Assembly: GCA_951406725.2 (NCBI GenBank)
Contig: OX597825.1
Span: 19,778,001 to 19,842,000, forward strand
Reading direction: 5' to 3'
From: Octopus vulgaris
Taxonomy: Eukaryota
DNA: 64,000 bases
Below, in pieces: positions 1 through 12,137 of the stretch; within the stretch, counting starts at the first letter, position 1; each line of letters starts with the position of its first letter. The notes under the pieces were generated by a model that saw nothing but the letters and a program-made list of their open reading frames with translations, made no database searches and had not been told where the DNA came from. Both the position numbers and the translations under genes were made by a program.

Positions 1-2089
1 CCTAATGTTTCTGTCAACCGCTACTCTCCAGCAAATAAAATATTGGATCATATTTGATTGGTACTACACTGCTGGAAGTCAACAAAGGAATATGGTGTTT
101 AAATGGCAAAGGTAAAGAATTACATAAAAAGCCTAGGCACACCAGTTTTCATAGATGGTTCTTTAGCCAATTTTCAATGAGATATACCTCAATACAAATC
201 AGAAAACATTTTAGAAAAACGTTTAACCTTTCCGATGTGTTTCGATTTTACGACATTTTCCCTGCATGCGCGTATTACGAGTAGAAATTCCAATACAGGG
301 ACGGGGTTGGAGTGAGTATTACTTATTCTTAGTTAAGGAATTTCAAAACCCCTCGCTAAATTATAAAATTGCCGAAGGCAAGACATTCTAACAATACATG
401 CTGATTACCATATACGTGTCCTTGTGTGAAGATTAGTCGTGTTCAAAAACGGAATGCATATTGCATGAATCAAAGCTGTCAATTTGATAAATGGAGAGTT
501 GAAGTAATTCTCGCTTACTTCTTGACTAGAAGAATTATATGAAAGTCAGCATTGAAGCAAGCGGTGACTAGAAATGGTAATTTTTCGCTGACGTTGACAA
601 CATACGATATAATTCCCTAGAAATTTTATCTTTTGGTCTTGTAGGAAATGGTTTCTGATAGCTTTAGTGAATGAAAGGGACTACAATTACGATTGTGAGT
701 GAATAAATGTTGAGAAAGTTTGTTGAATAGATTAATGCTGTTGGGACCATTCATTGAACTAAATTGAATAGAAATTATTAATAATTATCATAAATATTGA
801 TTTGTTCATAATAAACGCAATCTCGTATATTTGTTAGCGATATTGTTCAGTTTTAATTCGACCCTAGTATATAAAAGGGAGTTATTTGAATCAATGGCGA
901 GAATAAAAGATGAAACAGAACCGTGAATTTATTTCTCAGATGATTAATATGAAAAGAATGTTTATAGACTTCTTACCCAGCATGAGTATATTTTGGGAAA
1001 TACTTCTGAAACACAAGATGTTGCAGTATGTATTTATGCATTTCAAAGTTATTTAGATATGCAAACAGCAATAACAGTTTCTAAATGATTAAATAACTAC
1101 AATATATGAAGGTGCAATGAATATTATCAATATGTTCTAATGCTATTGTATAGTTTTTCGATTCCGGGGAGCAGAATCAAAAGGGAATACCGTGCGTATA
1201 GCTTTGTGCGTGAGGCATATACAATTGAGATGCATTATCAGATTATTGAGACTACACAGGGAACTATTCGATGGATTATTTAACATATGATATCGACACC
1301 ACAGCGAGTAAACGTAAACGATTTTTGCCCGGCAACTGTAAGTCTTTGCTAGGTTTGACGAATCAAGACCGTAGCTGTTGATTTCCAGCATTAACCATAA
1401 GAGATTAATTGGTTTTAGATTAATCGGTCCGGTATTATGCTGTTCCTGGCATATGAATAAACTTTAAATTAAAACATTATTCATCGTAATCTCTAATGCA
1501 GAATTAAATTATGGTTCAGCTTAATATATGCTTAATACAATGGTTGATGCCTATCGAATTTTACGAAAACTGAGAGTTAATATATCTTTATTATAGCCTA
1601 TGATATTGTTTTCTTTGTCACAAGTTTAATGCGGAGTAATTTAAACGACCATATTACAGTTAGATACGTAATCAATAGTGTATCACAATGTCCAATGAGA
1701 TGATAAGAGGAAATTATTACACATCTATTACAGGTCTATATATGAAGTATACTAGCAAGAGCGAAGCCCCCTGAAAAGGCTTTTGTAATGGTCACTATTA
1801 TAAGGATATGGGTTATATATTAATATGTGTGTGTGAGTTTGTGTATATATATATACATATATGTATGCATATACAAACACATCCACACACAAACACACGC
1901 ATACACGCACACAAATATATATGTATGTATATATACAGAGAGCGAGACATATATTTACACACCTATGTTTCTGTGTGTGTATCTATGCATGTTTGTATGT
2001 ATACCTCCAAGTATGCATGTATGTGTATATGTATGAATGTATGTACGCATGTATGTATATATGTGTGTGTGTGAATGTATATAAAATAT

Positions 2090-2240
2090 CAGTGAATCAC
2101 CATATCGCCAAGTCTATCAGGTTCCCTTTTGTATCGCTTGCTGCAATGCAGCTCTGTTCTTCCATCGCCATTCCCTTCACTGCGGCCTTCTCTTCCATTA
2201 GGGTCCGGACATTTTGCTTCCCTATCTGACATTAGTGCCT
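2090..2240 (-). pseudogene. Decayed N-terminus of an APE endonuclease (RTE-like LINE remnant)
   Basis: Minus strand reads QIGKQNVRTL (compare IGTWNVRTL) and, after a frameshift, RTEL....RY (compare RTAL.A.EL.RY). Confidence 0.4.
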
Positions 2241-2586
2241 TATATTGCGGCAACAGTAGCAGTAAATGTCCTGCGAGCATACGCTTGATTTAACTAACCT
2301 AGAAATGTACAAGACCAATGAGAAGCTAGTAAAGAAGACCATATAGTTCGATTCACTGATCGTGGATGATAGATTCTACTTCAGGGTGTTTGGGATATAC
2401 TCATATCATCATTGGTTACATTCCTATCTGTTTGGGGGCAGAACATGTTTTTATTTTAATGTTCTATCGTAATTATTTTCCTTAAAATCTGTTTTGTTCG
2501 TCGGTTCCCGCAGAAATCGATATTATCATCTTTTATTTCAATTATCTTGCAAGTTTGAGGAGTCTGTGTAAATTTCCATCTTTCAT

Positions 2587-2627
<41 letters not shown>

Positions 2628-2631
2628 TGTA

Positions 2632-3424
2632 CACAAGGTATGTTCCAGGTGATTAAACACCTCTTTAAGAGAGGCAGTCATAACTGCCGTAGATTACTGT
2701 AATTTTAGTATATCATTAAGATGACCTGCCACCTATTGCTATTGTAGATGGAAGGAGACGGCTGTAACAGAACTTCGAAGATATCCTATTAAACATTACT
2801 TTCTATATGTGAATACTTTACAAAATACAGTTGAGACGTGGAAGCTATTTGGAACCTCGTTATGCAAGTAAGTTTTGTATTAAACTGGACAAAAACACTA
2901 TTGAAACTTATGAAATACTCAAAACTGCTTATATGATCCCAACATCTATTTTTTTTGTTGGCATGAGAGGCCAGGCAAATCAAGTGTACCAGGAAGTTCA
3001 TGATGATCCCCTATTTTCATCTTTATCTGGGTGCCCCTTGTCAGAAGGTCGAATATGGGTATTTTGTGGACGTTTTCACGACGTTCTGGAGGAGATACGT
3101 CACAAAGGGCCAGAGTATCTGGATCGGAACAACGTGCCAGTTAACAATTCCATCCTGGTAACCAACTGCATGACAGAGTTGGGCATCGACACTGTCCCCT
3201 ACCCTTCCCACAGTCCAGACCTTTTTCTATTTCCCAGGAGATGTAACAGGGATCCTGGAGACCTTAACTTTGGAGAGCAACCAAGGGGCTTTCACAAAAT
3301 GGTTGGAACACTACAATTGCACTAAATCAGATTACTCTACTCAGAGATTAGAGTTTTGTACATCATTAAAATCAATAAATGCCTCTCCTAAAAACGTTTC
3401 AAACCTTCTGGAATGCTCCTTGTA
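2632..3424 (+). mobile_element. Internally deleted, decayed mariner (Tc1/mariner) transposon
   Basis: ORF 2831-3325 has KFCIKLDKNTIETYEILKTAY (mariner N-terminal HTH) and NNVPVNNS...TVPYPSHSPDL.LFP (DNA.H / YSPDL motifs). Degenerate TIRs are caaggtatgttccag and ctggaatgctccttg. Confidence 0.8.
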
Positions 3425-3611
3425 TATAGATATGCACCTGCCCATATATACGAACATGTATCTACATACCCGTTACACATACATATGTTAAAAATAGCAA
3501 AGATAGTATATACATAGCGTTAAATATCCACTTAGACACATATCTTTACAAGCGAATACCATCGTATGATATTATATATGAAACGTATGATATGAAGTAT
3601 ATAAGTTGTTT

Positions 3612-4202
3612 TCTAATATTGGCACAAGTCCCGAAATTTGGGGTGGGGCACTCGATTACATGGACCCCAGTGCGCAACTGGTACTTAATTTATCAACCCC
3701 GAAGGGAAGAAAGGCAAAATCGACCTCGGCGGAATTGGAACTCAGAACGTAAAGAGAAACGAAATATAGCTAAGCATTTCGCCCAGCGAGCTAACGTATC
3801 TGATTTCTTTACTACCTACAAGGGGCTACACACAGAGGGGACAAACAAGGACAGACAAACGGATTAAGTCTATTATATCGACCCCAGTGCGTAACTGGGA
3901 CTTATTCAATCGGCCCCGAAAGGATGAAAGCCAAAGTCGACCTCGGTGGAATTTGAACTCAGAACGTAATGGCATACGAAATACCTATTTCTTTACTACC
4001 TACAAGGGGCTACACACGGAGGGGACGAACAAGAACAGACAAACGGATTAAGTCGATTATATCGACCCCAGTGCGTAACTGGTACTTATTTAATCAACCC
4101 CGAACGGATAAAAGGCGGAATTTGAACTCAGTACGTAACGGCAGACGAAATACAGCTAATCATTTCGCACAGCATGCTAATGTTTCTGCCAGCTCGCCGC
4201 CT
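3612..4202 (-). mobile_element. Tandem/nested array of tRNA-derived SINE family A
   Basis: Repeated bodies gagttcaaattccgccgaggtcgactttgcctttcatcctttcggggtcgat. Head ggcggcgagctggcag lies at the right end. Confidence 0.9.
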
Positions 4203-4479
4203 TGTCAAGTGTAGATATATATTAACACACATAATCATGCATACATGTACGCTGGAAGTTAATTAAATGTAATGGCAGAAATAAGAAATCGTGCGACAAA
4301 GAAGCTGAAATGAGACAGGTGAACTAACTTACATGCATAGTTATAGACGCATTAATTCAGACGCACAAAAAAGCACATATGTGCACATACACACGTGTAA
4401 GATCGTTGGGCAGAGAGAAAAACGAAAGATAAAAATATGTAGTAAGAGTTAGGATATAGCATGACATGACAGGAATTGG

Positions 4480-4628
4480 AATGTAACCGATGTAATAAGT
4501 TAGCTGTCAGGAGTTAAAGGTATTGGAAATGTACTAATCTCCACCTGATGACCGCATTACTACGTTGTAGTAATATGGAAGGAATAATGGAAAAAACCAG
4601 CGTTTTTTATATTCGTTTATACAATTTT
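4480..4628 (+). repeat. Left arm of a 149-bp long inverted repeat (partner 8266-8414)
   Basis: Reverse complement of 8266-8414, with about 7 mismatches by manual comparison. Confidence 0.95.
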
Positions 4629-4666
4629 GTTCAAAGTCTACTAGCGAAAATCATAATCACACTAAA

Positions 4667-4881
4667 ATAATGGTTTCAAATTTTGCCACGAGGGCAGCAA
4701 TTTTTCGGGGAGGAGGATAGTCGATTACATCGACCCCAATACGTAACTGGTACTTAATTAATCGACCCCGAAAGTATGAAATCCTAGGTCGACCTCAGCG
4801 ATATCTGAACTCAGAACGTAGCGGCAGACGAAATACAACTAATCATTTCGGCGTGCTAACGAGTCTCCCAGCTCACCGTTT
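4667..4881 (-). mobile_element. SINE family A, full length, with 13-bp TSD
   Basis: TSD taatcacactaaa at 4654-4666 and 4882-4894; family A head and body present. Confidence 0.9.
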
Positions 4882-4902
4882 TAATCACACTAAATGATCT
4901 TT

Positions 4903-5520
4903 ATCTTTTCTACTCTAGGCACAAGACCAGTCGATTAGATTAATCCCAGTACGCAACTGATGCTTAATTTCTCAACACCGAAGGGATGACAGGCAAAGTC
5001 GATCTTGGTGGAACATAACATTAAATAATGTTAAACAGATAAAGCACGGACTACAGGATGAAGGTAAAGTCCACTAGTAAATGTTCAGTAAATACAAGTA
5101 AATAGGAAGAGGGTTTGTAGCGGAAGATGTTGCGTAATCTGTGTTTATACTTCTGCTACTGAGCTATCTACCAAGGGAAACTGAATTTCTTTAATAAGTT
5201 TCATTAGCTACAAATGAGAAGGCTTTAACAAATAATATTCTTTTCTACTCTAGGCACAAGGCCCGAAATTTTTGGGGAATGTGCCAGTCGATTAGATCGA
5301 CTCCGGTATGCACCTGGTATTTAATTTATCGACCCCCAAACGGCAAAGTCGACCTCGCCGGAATTTGAACTCCGAACGTAAAGAGAGACGAAATAGAGCA
5401 AAAGAGACCGATAGAACAAGTACTAGGCTTTACAAGGAATAACCCCTGGGGTCGATTTGCTCGACTAAAGGCTGTGCTCCAGCATGGCCACAGTCAAATG
5501 ACTGAAGCAAGTAAAAGAGA
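4903..5520. mobile_element. SINE fragments: family A (minus, 4903-5013 and 5233-5395) and a family B tail (plus, 5398-5520)
   Basis: tactctaggcacaagg tails; gcaaaagagaccgatagaa...ctccagcatggccacagtcaaatgactg. Confidence 0.8.
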
Positions 5521-6253
5521 ATAGAGTAAATATACACAGTGTTTTTTTGGTCAAGACTAGCGCGATACGATCTCAGATAGCAGACAGCTTACTCGGAGAT
5601 GGTGTCTGTAAGTAGCAAGTAAAGCAAGAGACGGATACCATTAAATTATATTTACGTTGTTTGTCTGTTCTCTTGTCTTAACTGCTCTTGTCTTTTTTAC
5701 TCTCAACCGCTTTTGTGTTTTCTCTCGTCTTAACTGCTTTTGTTTCTAAAAGCTGTTACCGAAAAAGAAAACTGAAATGTTAGTTCAGAAAATGACGAGT
5801 ATATTGTTCTAAAATAGTTTCGTACAAATAAGTTGAATGAACCTAAGTAGAGTAAATAAGGAAATAGATATATAAATTCATATATAAAATATATATAAAA
5901 ATGAAGTAAACATCAAATAAATAGTAATAACCTTATTTAAAACAATGAAACCAATCTGTATATTGTAGACGGACACTTTTAGTCCGATAAATAACTCTTG
6001 CAAAAGATAATTAATGGGAAGTTTCTAGAATGAAAAATAATTGAGAAGAACATTTGAAAAACGAAACAAAAATACGCAAATGAAAATAATAAACAATACG
6101 AAAAATACGCAAGTCATTTAAAAGTTAACACTTTAAAGAAGCCGTAATTAGATTAAAAGGTCACAAACGTGGACGTAGAGAGTATTTTATGAAAGAAAAT
6201 CTATAGATGGTAAAAATGTAAAATGAAAATAAATAATGACGTGAAGAAACATA

Positions 6254-6320
<67 letters not shown>

Positions 6321-6654
6321 TGACAGAAGAAAGGACAAAGATAAAGAATGAATAGAAGAGAGGATGACTTTAATAAGTAATGAAAGAATTACGGAGAATA
6401 GGCAAGAAATTGGAACAATTTAGTCTAATTGACAACTAAGCTAAATTTACGTTTGAGAAGGTAAAAGAAAATGTTATATAAGGGTGGGATTTCTAGATTG
6501 AAAGTGAAGAGAAATAAGGCTAAACGTTGCATTGATGAGAAGGAGAGAGAAAAATATATATGACTTGCATATGAAGGGGAAGTTGCATGTTGGCAGGTAT
6601 TTGTAGTGATAGTTATTTTAAGGATAATAGTTAATGCGATGGTATCGGTAATTA

Positions 6655-6892
6655 TGTTGTTGTTGTTCTTTTTCTTTTTTCTTCTCCTTCTGCTGTTTCA
6701 GCTTCTTCTTCTTCTTATTATTATTATTATTCTTTCAATTATTTACTTTGTTATTATTATCATTATTGATATTATTATTATTATTATTATTCTTTCCATT
6801 ATTTACTTTGTTATTATTATTATTACTATTATTATTATTACTATTATTATCATTATTATTTTGTTGCTATTATTATTTCTTCTTGCTGTTGT
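6655..6892. repeat. (TTA)n/(TTC)n low-complexity tract with an internal ~60-bp duplication
   Basis: tctttc(a/c)attatttactttgttattatt occurs twice. Confidence 0.85.
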
Positions 6893-7127
6893 TTAAACCA
6901 GCGCCATATATGATCTTTCAGACGTATGATCGCTGCATCGTTCTTTTTTTGGTATGGATGCATAAATTACCTATTTTGGCCTTTCTGAAATTTTAATAAG
7001 TATGGCAACAACTGAGATAGAATTTGTTGCTATTCTTAGCACCAATAATGACCATGTAAGGGTTCCACCTTTAGCTTTAAAAAAATAATTTGCTGGTGAT
7101 TTGTTGGTATTGTCGATATGGTTACTA

Positions 7128-7480
7128 AGGCAGCGGAAGCAAGCAATATTGTTAGCAAGCCGGACAAAACGGTTAGTGACATTTAGTCCGTTTTACGTTC
7201 CCTCTTCACATATCACCAATGGCGAGTTTACTTTAGTTCTTTCAGGATTGATAAAATAAGTATCATTTGACAACTGGGGTCAAAGTGGTCCCTCAATTTT
7301 GTCGGTTTTATACCTAAAGTAGAAAGCTTTTTTTAAATAATCACTAAAATGGCGAGCTGGTAGTTATAAGTAAGGTGGAAAGGTCCATAGCGACATTTCT
7401 TCCGAATCTTTTCATTATGAGTTCAAATACCACTGAGGTCGACTATGTCTTTCATTCTTTAGGGGTCGATAAAATAAAGA
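7128..7480 (+). mobile_element. Two old, diverged family A SINE copies
   Basis: Degenerate heads (ggcagcgg, ggcgagctgg) and gaggtcgactatgtctttcattcttttaggggtcgataaaataa. Confidence 0.65.
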
Positions 7481-7631
7481 CGTTGTAAAGAGAATTTACG
7501 AACAACCTTTTTTTATATAAAAGCCTCCATTGAAATTTGAAAGGAAGAGTGATTCGCTGTATCATTCATTAAAAAGTGGTCTGCAAAAATCGGCAACATC
7601 TCATTTATGATCTAGAGCCCATAAATGTATA

Positions 7632-8194
7632 TAGTAAACCCTCGACTATCGTGGGTGTAATGTTCCAAAAAAAAAAAAAACCGCGATGTGTGGAAATTTG
7701 CAAAGTAGAAACAATACAGTACTGTTTTGTTTTTCTTTTTTTTGTAATTTGTATATATTTATATTCTATTATAAATGCAAGACAGCACCACACACTCGCC
7801 TCCCAAGCTTCGTTTTCCATATAGTGTATGCGATTCTTTGTTTAATCATTTACGGTAGACTAAATATTTTCTTTTAATATATTTTAATTAATGTGTTATA
7901 CATTGCAGTACTGTATTTTTATTTATTGATATAAATCCTTAAATCCTTAAAAATGTTTTAGCCCGAAGGCCGCGGCCATCCTGGGGCACCACTGATATAT
8001 TAATTTTTAGGAGTGAACATGCTTATTTTACCACAGAAATATTTAAAATCTAAATAATATATAAATACATATCGGCCGCAGAAACCCGCGATGTACTGAG
8101 CAGTCCGCGATATAAATTTACATATGTTAGCCAGAAAAATCCGCGATGTACTGAGGCTTCGATAGATGAGCCGCGATATAGCGAGTGGTTATTA
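7632..8194. mobile_element. Non-autonomous pogo/Tigger-like (Tc1/mariner) MITE
   Basis: Imperfect TIRs tagtaaaccctcgactatcgtgg and ccgcgatatagcgagtggttatta. Subterminal ccgcgat motif occurs five times. TA at the left flank. Confidence 0.6.
7934..7992 (-). mobile_element. Extremely 5'-truncated retroposon 3' tail inserted in the MITE
   Basis: gtggtgccccaggatggccgcggccttcgggctaaaacattt followed by (taaggatt)2. TSD tgatata at 7927-7933 and 7993-7999. Homologous to the family B SINE tail; a similar piece lies at 11585-11628. Confidence 0.7.
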
Positions 8195-8265
8195 TTTTCA
8201 TATTTGAGAAATATGATGCTTAATTAAGAGAGTAAACAAATTTTAACATAATTGCTTCTAAGGAA

Positions 8266-8414
8266 AAAATTGTATAATCGAATATACAAAACACTGTTTT
8301 TTTCCATGATTCCTTCCATATTACTACAACGTAGTAATGCGGTCATCAGGTTGAGATTAGTACATTTCCAATACCTTTAACTCCTGATAGCTAACTTATT
8401 ACATCGGTTACATT
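8266..8414 (-). repeat. Right arm of a 149-bp long inverted repeat (partner 4480-4628)
   Basis: Reverse complement of 4480-4628. Confidence 0.95.
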
Positions 8415-8604
8415 ATAAATGAATAAAGCTAAGAAGTATCATATATTTTATAGTCTGAAATATTAGACGGGAAACGGTGGGGGGTCAGACATTTGTAAAG
8501 TAGTAGAATTAGGTGATTCACAATTTTGTGGTTGTTTGCCACACGGTTATGAAGTAAAGGTAGGTAGATGACTGAAATTACAGGGACAAACACTAGGTTA
8601 GCTA

Positions 8605-9533
8605 CTACGGTTGGGGCTTATCTATTGTAATCTCGAATAAATCTTCCCTGAGATAGAAAACGACGGGTTTCATCTCCTCCTCACGGGAAGGAGCCTCAGC
8701 CCGCTCTGTCAGTGGCACAATTCCCACTGACAGAGCCTCTCGCTCCGGCGGCACACTTTCCACCGGAGGAGCATCGGGTTCAGTCGGCGACACAGCGATA
8801 TCCGTCGACCGTCCCCGTTTCTCTTCCTTCTTTTTTTCCTTCTTACGAGTGCGGGAGTCGTAGCCTCCACCGTTACACCTGGGGGTCCTCCTCCTCTCCC
8901 GCAACCTGCGCGTATGTTGGAGAGCAACCATTGTTGCTCACCTTTCTTTTCCTTCTTTCCGCCGATGCCTCAATGACTTCCGCTGTTTCTCCCTGCAATG
9001 TGAGAGCGAAGGATACCTTCACCTTTGCCTGCTCCAAGACCTTACCACGGCTCCGAGGGCAGTCCTTCTTAATGTGGCCTGACTCCAGGCATGAGTGACA
9101 GTTGTGGGGGTGACCCTCAAGTATCACTGAGGACCGCTATCTCCCAGGCCCTGCCGGATGGTATCTGCAATCCACCCCGCTTCGGTGCCCGGGAGAGGAC
9201 CGCATACCCAGAACCTTATCACCTTCTTCCCACGATATGTGGGAAGAAACAAAATCTTCTACCCTTCCAGGGGCTGGCCTGCAACAGTGCAAGCCTCCTC
9301 AAGAGTGTCAAAAAGCAGCCACACCCAGGCGTATTTGACACCCCTGGTTACATAATAAGTTTTGACTGGCAAATATTTTGCCAGCTCTTTATTAATAATA
9401 CCCTTGTCGAAGAGGACGATGGCCTCACGCGACCTGAATAGCTCCGTAGTACCACCGTCCTTCTCTCAAGGCTTTCAATCCATTGCTTAGGTGGGACCAC
9501 CTCCCACTGTAAGGCACTTTTTGCATTTGCCAT
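8605..9533 (-). pseudogene. Frameshifted gag-like ORF1 with CCHC zinc knuckle
   Basis: MANAKSALQWEVVPPKQWIESLERRTVVLRSY...LFLPTYRGKK...VILEGHPHNCHSCLESGHIKKDCP (Cx2Cx4Hx4C), then a basic low-complexity tail. Split over several frames with an in-frame stop. Confidence 0.8.
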
Positions 9534-9828
9534 GTTAAAAATCAATTCAAAAGAAGAAGGGAAGTCCAAATATATTAACAAGTCCAAAAAGACTTCATTG
9601 TTTGAACAAGTAAGTTCAAACAATGAATAAAAATTAAAATCCAAAAGGAACGGAAAAACAGCTCCAAAAGGAAAGAAAAAACAGAAGGATAGAGAAAAGA
9701 AAAACAGTCCACACAGCAAACATCAATGACCAACAGGTACTCCTGGCCAACTTCAACAAGTTCCCATGGCAAAATCCAGTAAGTTCGGGCGAGGACACGC
9801 CTCCTTATTTTTTCCAATACAACAAAAC

Positions 9829-10116
9829 TTCTTCACTTCTGCTCCAGAGCGTCGGCTGCGGGGTCATTCCGAAAAGCTCTATCTGCGACGATTTCATCTC
9901 AATCGAAGGAGAGGGGCTTTCTCCGTCCGGGTTGCGGATCCGTGGAATAAGCTGCCAGACGAGATGGTGAAGATGCCGACGACCGCTCGGTTCAAAGTCT
10001 CCCTTGACCTCAAGTGGCCTGAACTCTTTACATGAACACCACCTTGTCCATAACTCCATGTCCCCCTACATGGCCTTGCTTTTTGATTTTTGAGCCAAAA
10101 AATTAACTAATTAACT
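9829..10116 (+). mobile_element. 5'-truncated CR1-clade LINE (ORF2 C-terminus and 3' UTR)
   Basis: RLRGHSEKL...RRGAFSVRVADPWNKLP...FKVSLD matches the CR1 RGH..KL / FS.RV...WN.LP signature. Tail (aattaact)2. Possible TSD aaaac at 9824-9828 and 10117-10121. Confidence 0.85.
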
Positions 10117-10702
10117 AAAACAATAAACAGCAGCCCCCGACAGCATTCAGAATTGCCACGGAGCTGGGAGAAATTTATCAACACACAAACAATTACTATT
10201 TGACAAATTACACCCAGCTCAAACGAAAACAAAACCACCTACCTCTACGGTCTTATGCTGATGTCGTTCCTTTTTCTTTCAGTTCAATATTGGACCGAGC
10301 CAACACACCCACGTCCACCTTGCAAAAATAGTCCTTACTGCCTTGTTACTCCTTGGTAATCCAGTGGAAATTCACAGACACGAAGACAATTTCGTTAACA
10401 AATTAATTTTTACGGAGAGGCTACGCCTCCTCAAAAACACAATTCTAACCGCAAAGTGAGTCTTTATGGACGACCACAGGCAGGCAAATGTCTGGAGCAG
10501 AGTTGAGACCGTTGCTCACCAAACAACTATTCAATAAAGGGCAACAAACTCCACTAAGCCCTCAAAAAAATACAACAAACGCCTACCTGTAGTCGTGCTT
10601 CCAGAATGTTCAAATTTCACGTCGCAAGACGTGACTTTCAAGCTGCATGAAAAATGCCAACCCTTCTGTGAGTGAGGTTAGCAAGCTAGATATCACACAG
10701 CC

Positions 10703-10934
10703 GAGGCGGCGAGCTGGCAGAACAGTTAGCACACCGGGAGAAATGCGTAGCCGTATTTCGTCTGCCGTTACGTTCTGAGTTCAAATTTCACCGAGGTCGA
10801 CTTTGCCTTTCATCCTTTCGGGGTCGATAAATTAAGTACCAGTTACGCACTGGGGTCGATGTAATCGTCTTAATCCGTTTGTCTGTCCTTGTTTGTCCCT
10901 TCTATGTTTAGCCCCTTGTGGGTAATAAAGAAAC
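10703..10934 (+). mobile_element. SINE family A, full length, inserted in the head of an old family B SINE
   Basis: TSD ag(a/t)tatcacacagcc at 10688-10702 and 10935-10949. The target reads ggcgtggctgtgtgata on the minus strand, which is the family B head. Confidence 0.9.
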
Positions 10935-11142
10935 AGTTATCACACAGCCACGCCTATGCATAAACACAAACATTTGTGTGTTTGACCCACGCACTAACAA
11001 CACACATACCCTGTGTATCTGTTCAATTTTGCTTGTTTGTTTGTGTGTACATATGTGTATATACTCACATGTACTTAAGTGCATATACACACTCACAGAT
11101 ATACAAGAATGTGTACAGACACATGCGCGCAAACGTACACAA

Positions 11143-11186
<44 letters not shown>

Positions 11187-11749
11187 GTATATATATGTAT
11201 ATATATATGTATGTATGTATATATATGTATATATATATGTATGTATGTATATATGTACATCCATACACAGGAGAGAGAAAGAAAGAGAGGGAGAGATGGA
11301 GATGTACAAATATTCAAGACACGCACACATACGTTTCGTCTTACTAGATTCTATAATCAATGTGGGTCAATCAGAAATTTAATATAATAAAGATGACAAA
11401 ATATGAGATAAACATGATCATTGAGGGCAAATGTCATCCTTTCCTGCTTTATATTATCAGAAACAAGTTTGAAAAGCTTATATTTATTTTCCTCGACAAT
11501 AGCTTATGCGTCTTGCTTATAACGGTGCATTGAATGCAGAATGTGGTAGCGAAAATAATTTCCTCGTATCTTTAAAATCTTTTTAAATGTTTCAGCTTCA
11601 AAGTTGCGGTCATGCTGGGGCACCACCATTGTAAAACAATAGATTCAGCCAACGCGATTTTTAAAGTACATTGATCTAAAATACCTCAAGTATACAAAAT
11701 AGTATCTTCAATAAACGGTCACATACGCACTCACACATACACATAGATA

Positions 11750-11784
11750 CAGACAAACACACACACTCACACAGACAGACCTAT

Positions 11785-11840
<56 letters not shown>

Positions 11841-11950
11841 ATAGTAATAATAATAATAATAATAATGATGATGATGATGATGACGACGACCACGACGACG
11901 ATGATGATGATGATGATGGTGGTGATGATGATGATAATGATGATGATAAC
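11750..11950. repeat. Compound microsatellite (CA)n-(TA)n-(TAA)n-(GAT/GAC)n
   Basis: Direct inspection. Confidence 0.95.
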
Positions 11951-12137
11951 AATCCATGGACGGAATTTATATATATATAAATTCCATCAATGGATAATAT
12001 AATTATATAACTGTTCAATATTTGGCAGATTGAGGCAAATTTCTACTCCAGATTTGGGCTGTGAATTGGGTGTTTGAAGTGTAGAGGTATTCTGTCCTGG
12101 GGTCTGAGACATAAGTTTCTACTGCTTTTTTGTACGT

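Larger units (their letters stand above)
8603..10674 (-). mobile_element. Retroelement carrying only a long 5' region and a gag-like ORF1 (possibly Tx1/L1-type)
   Basis: GC-richer block bounded by the 8-bp direct repeat aggttagc (8595-8602 and 10675-10682). Contains the ORF1 pseudogene and a nested CR1 fragment. Confidence 0.55.

Noticed and set aside
6606-6996. Hydrophobic poly-I/L ORFs resembling membrane proteins
   Set aside because: They are translations of (TTA)n repeats.
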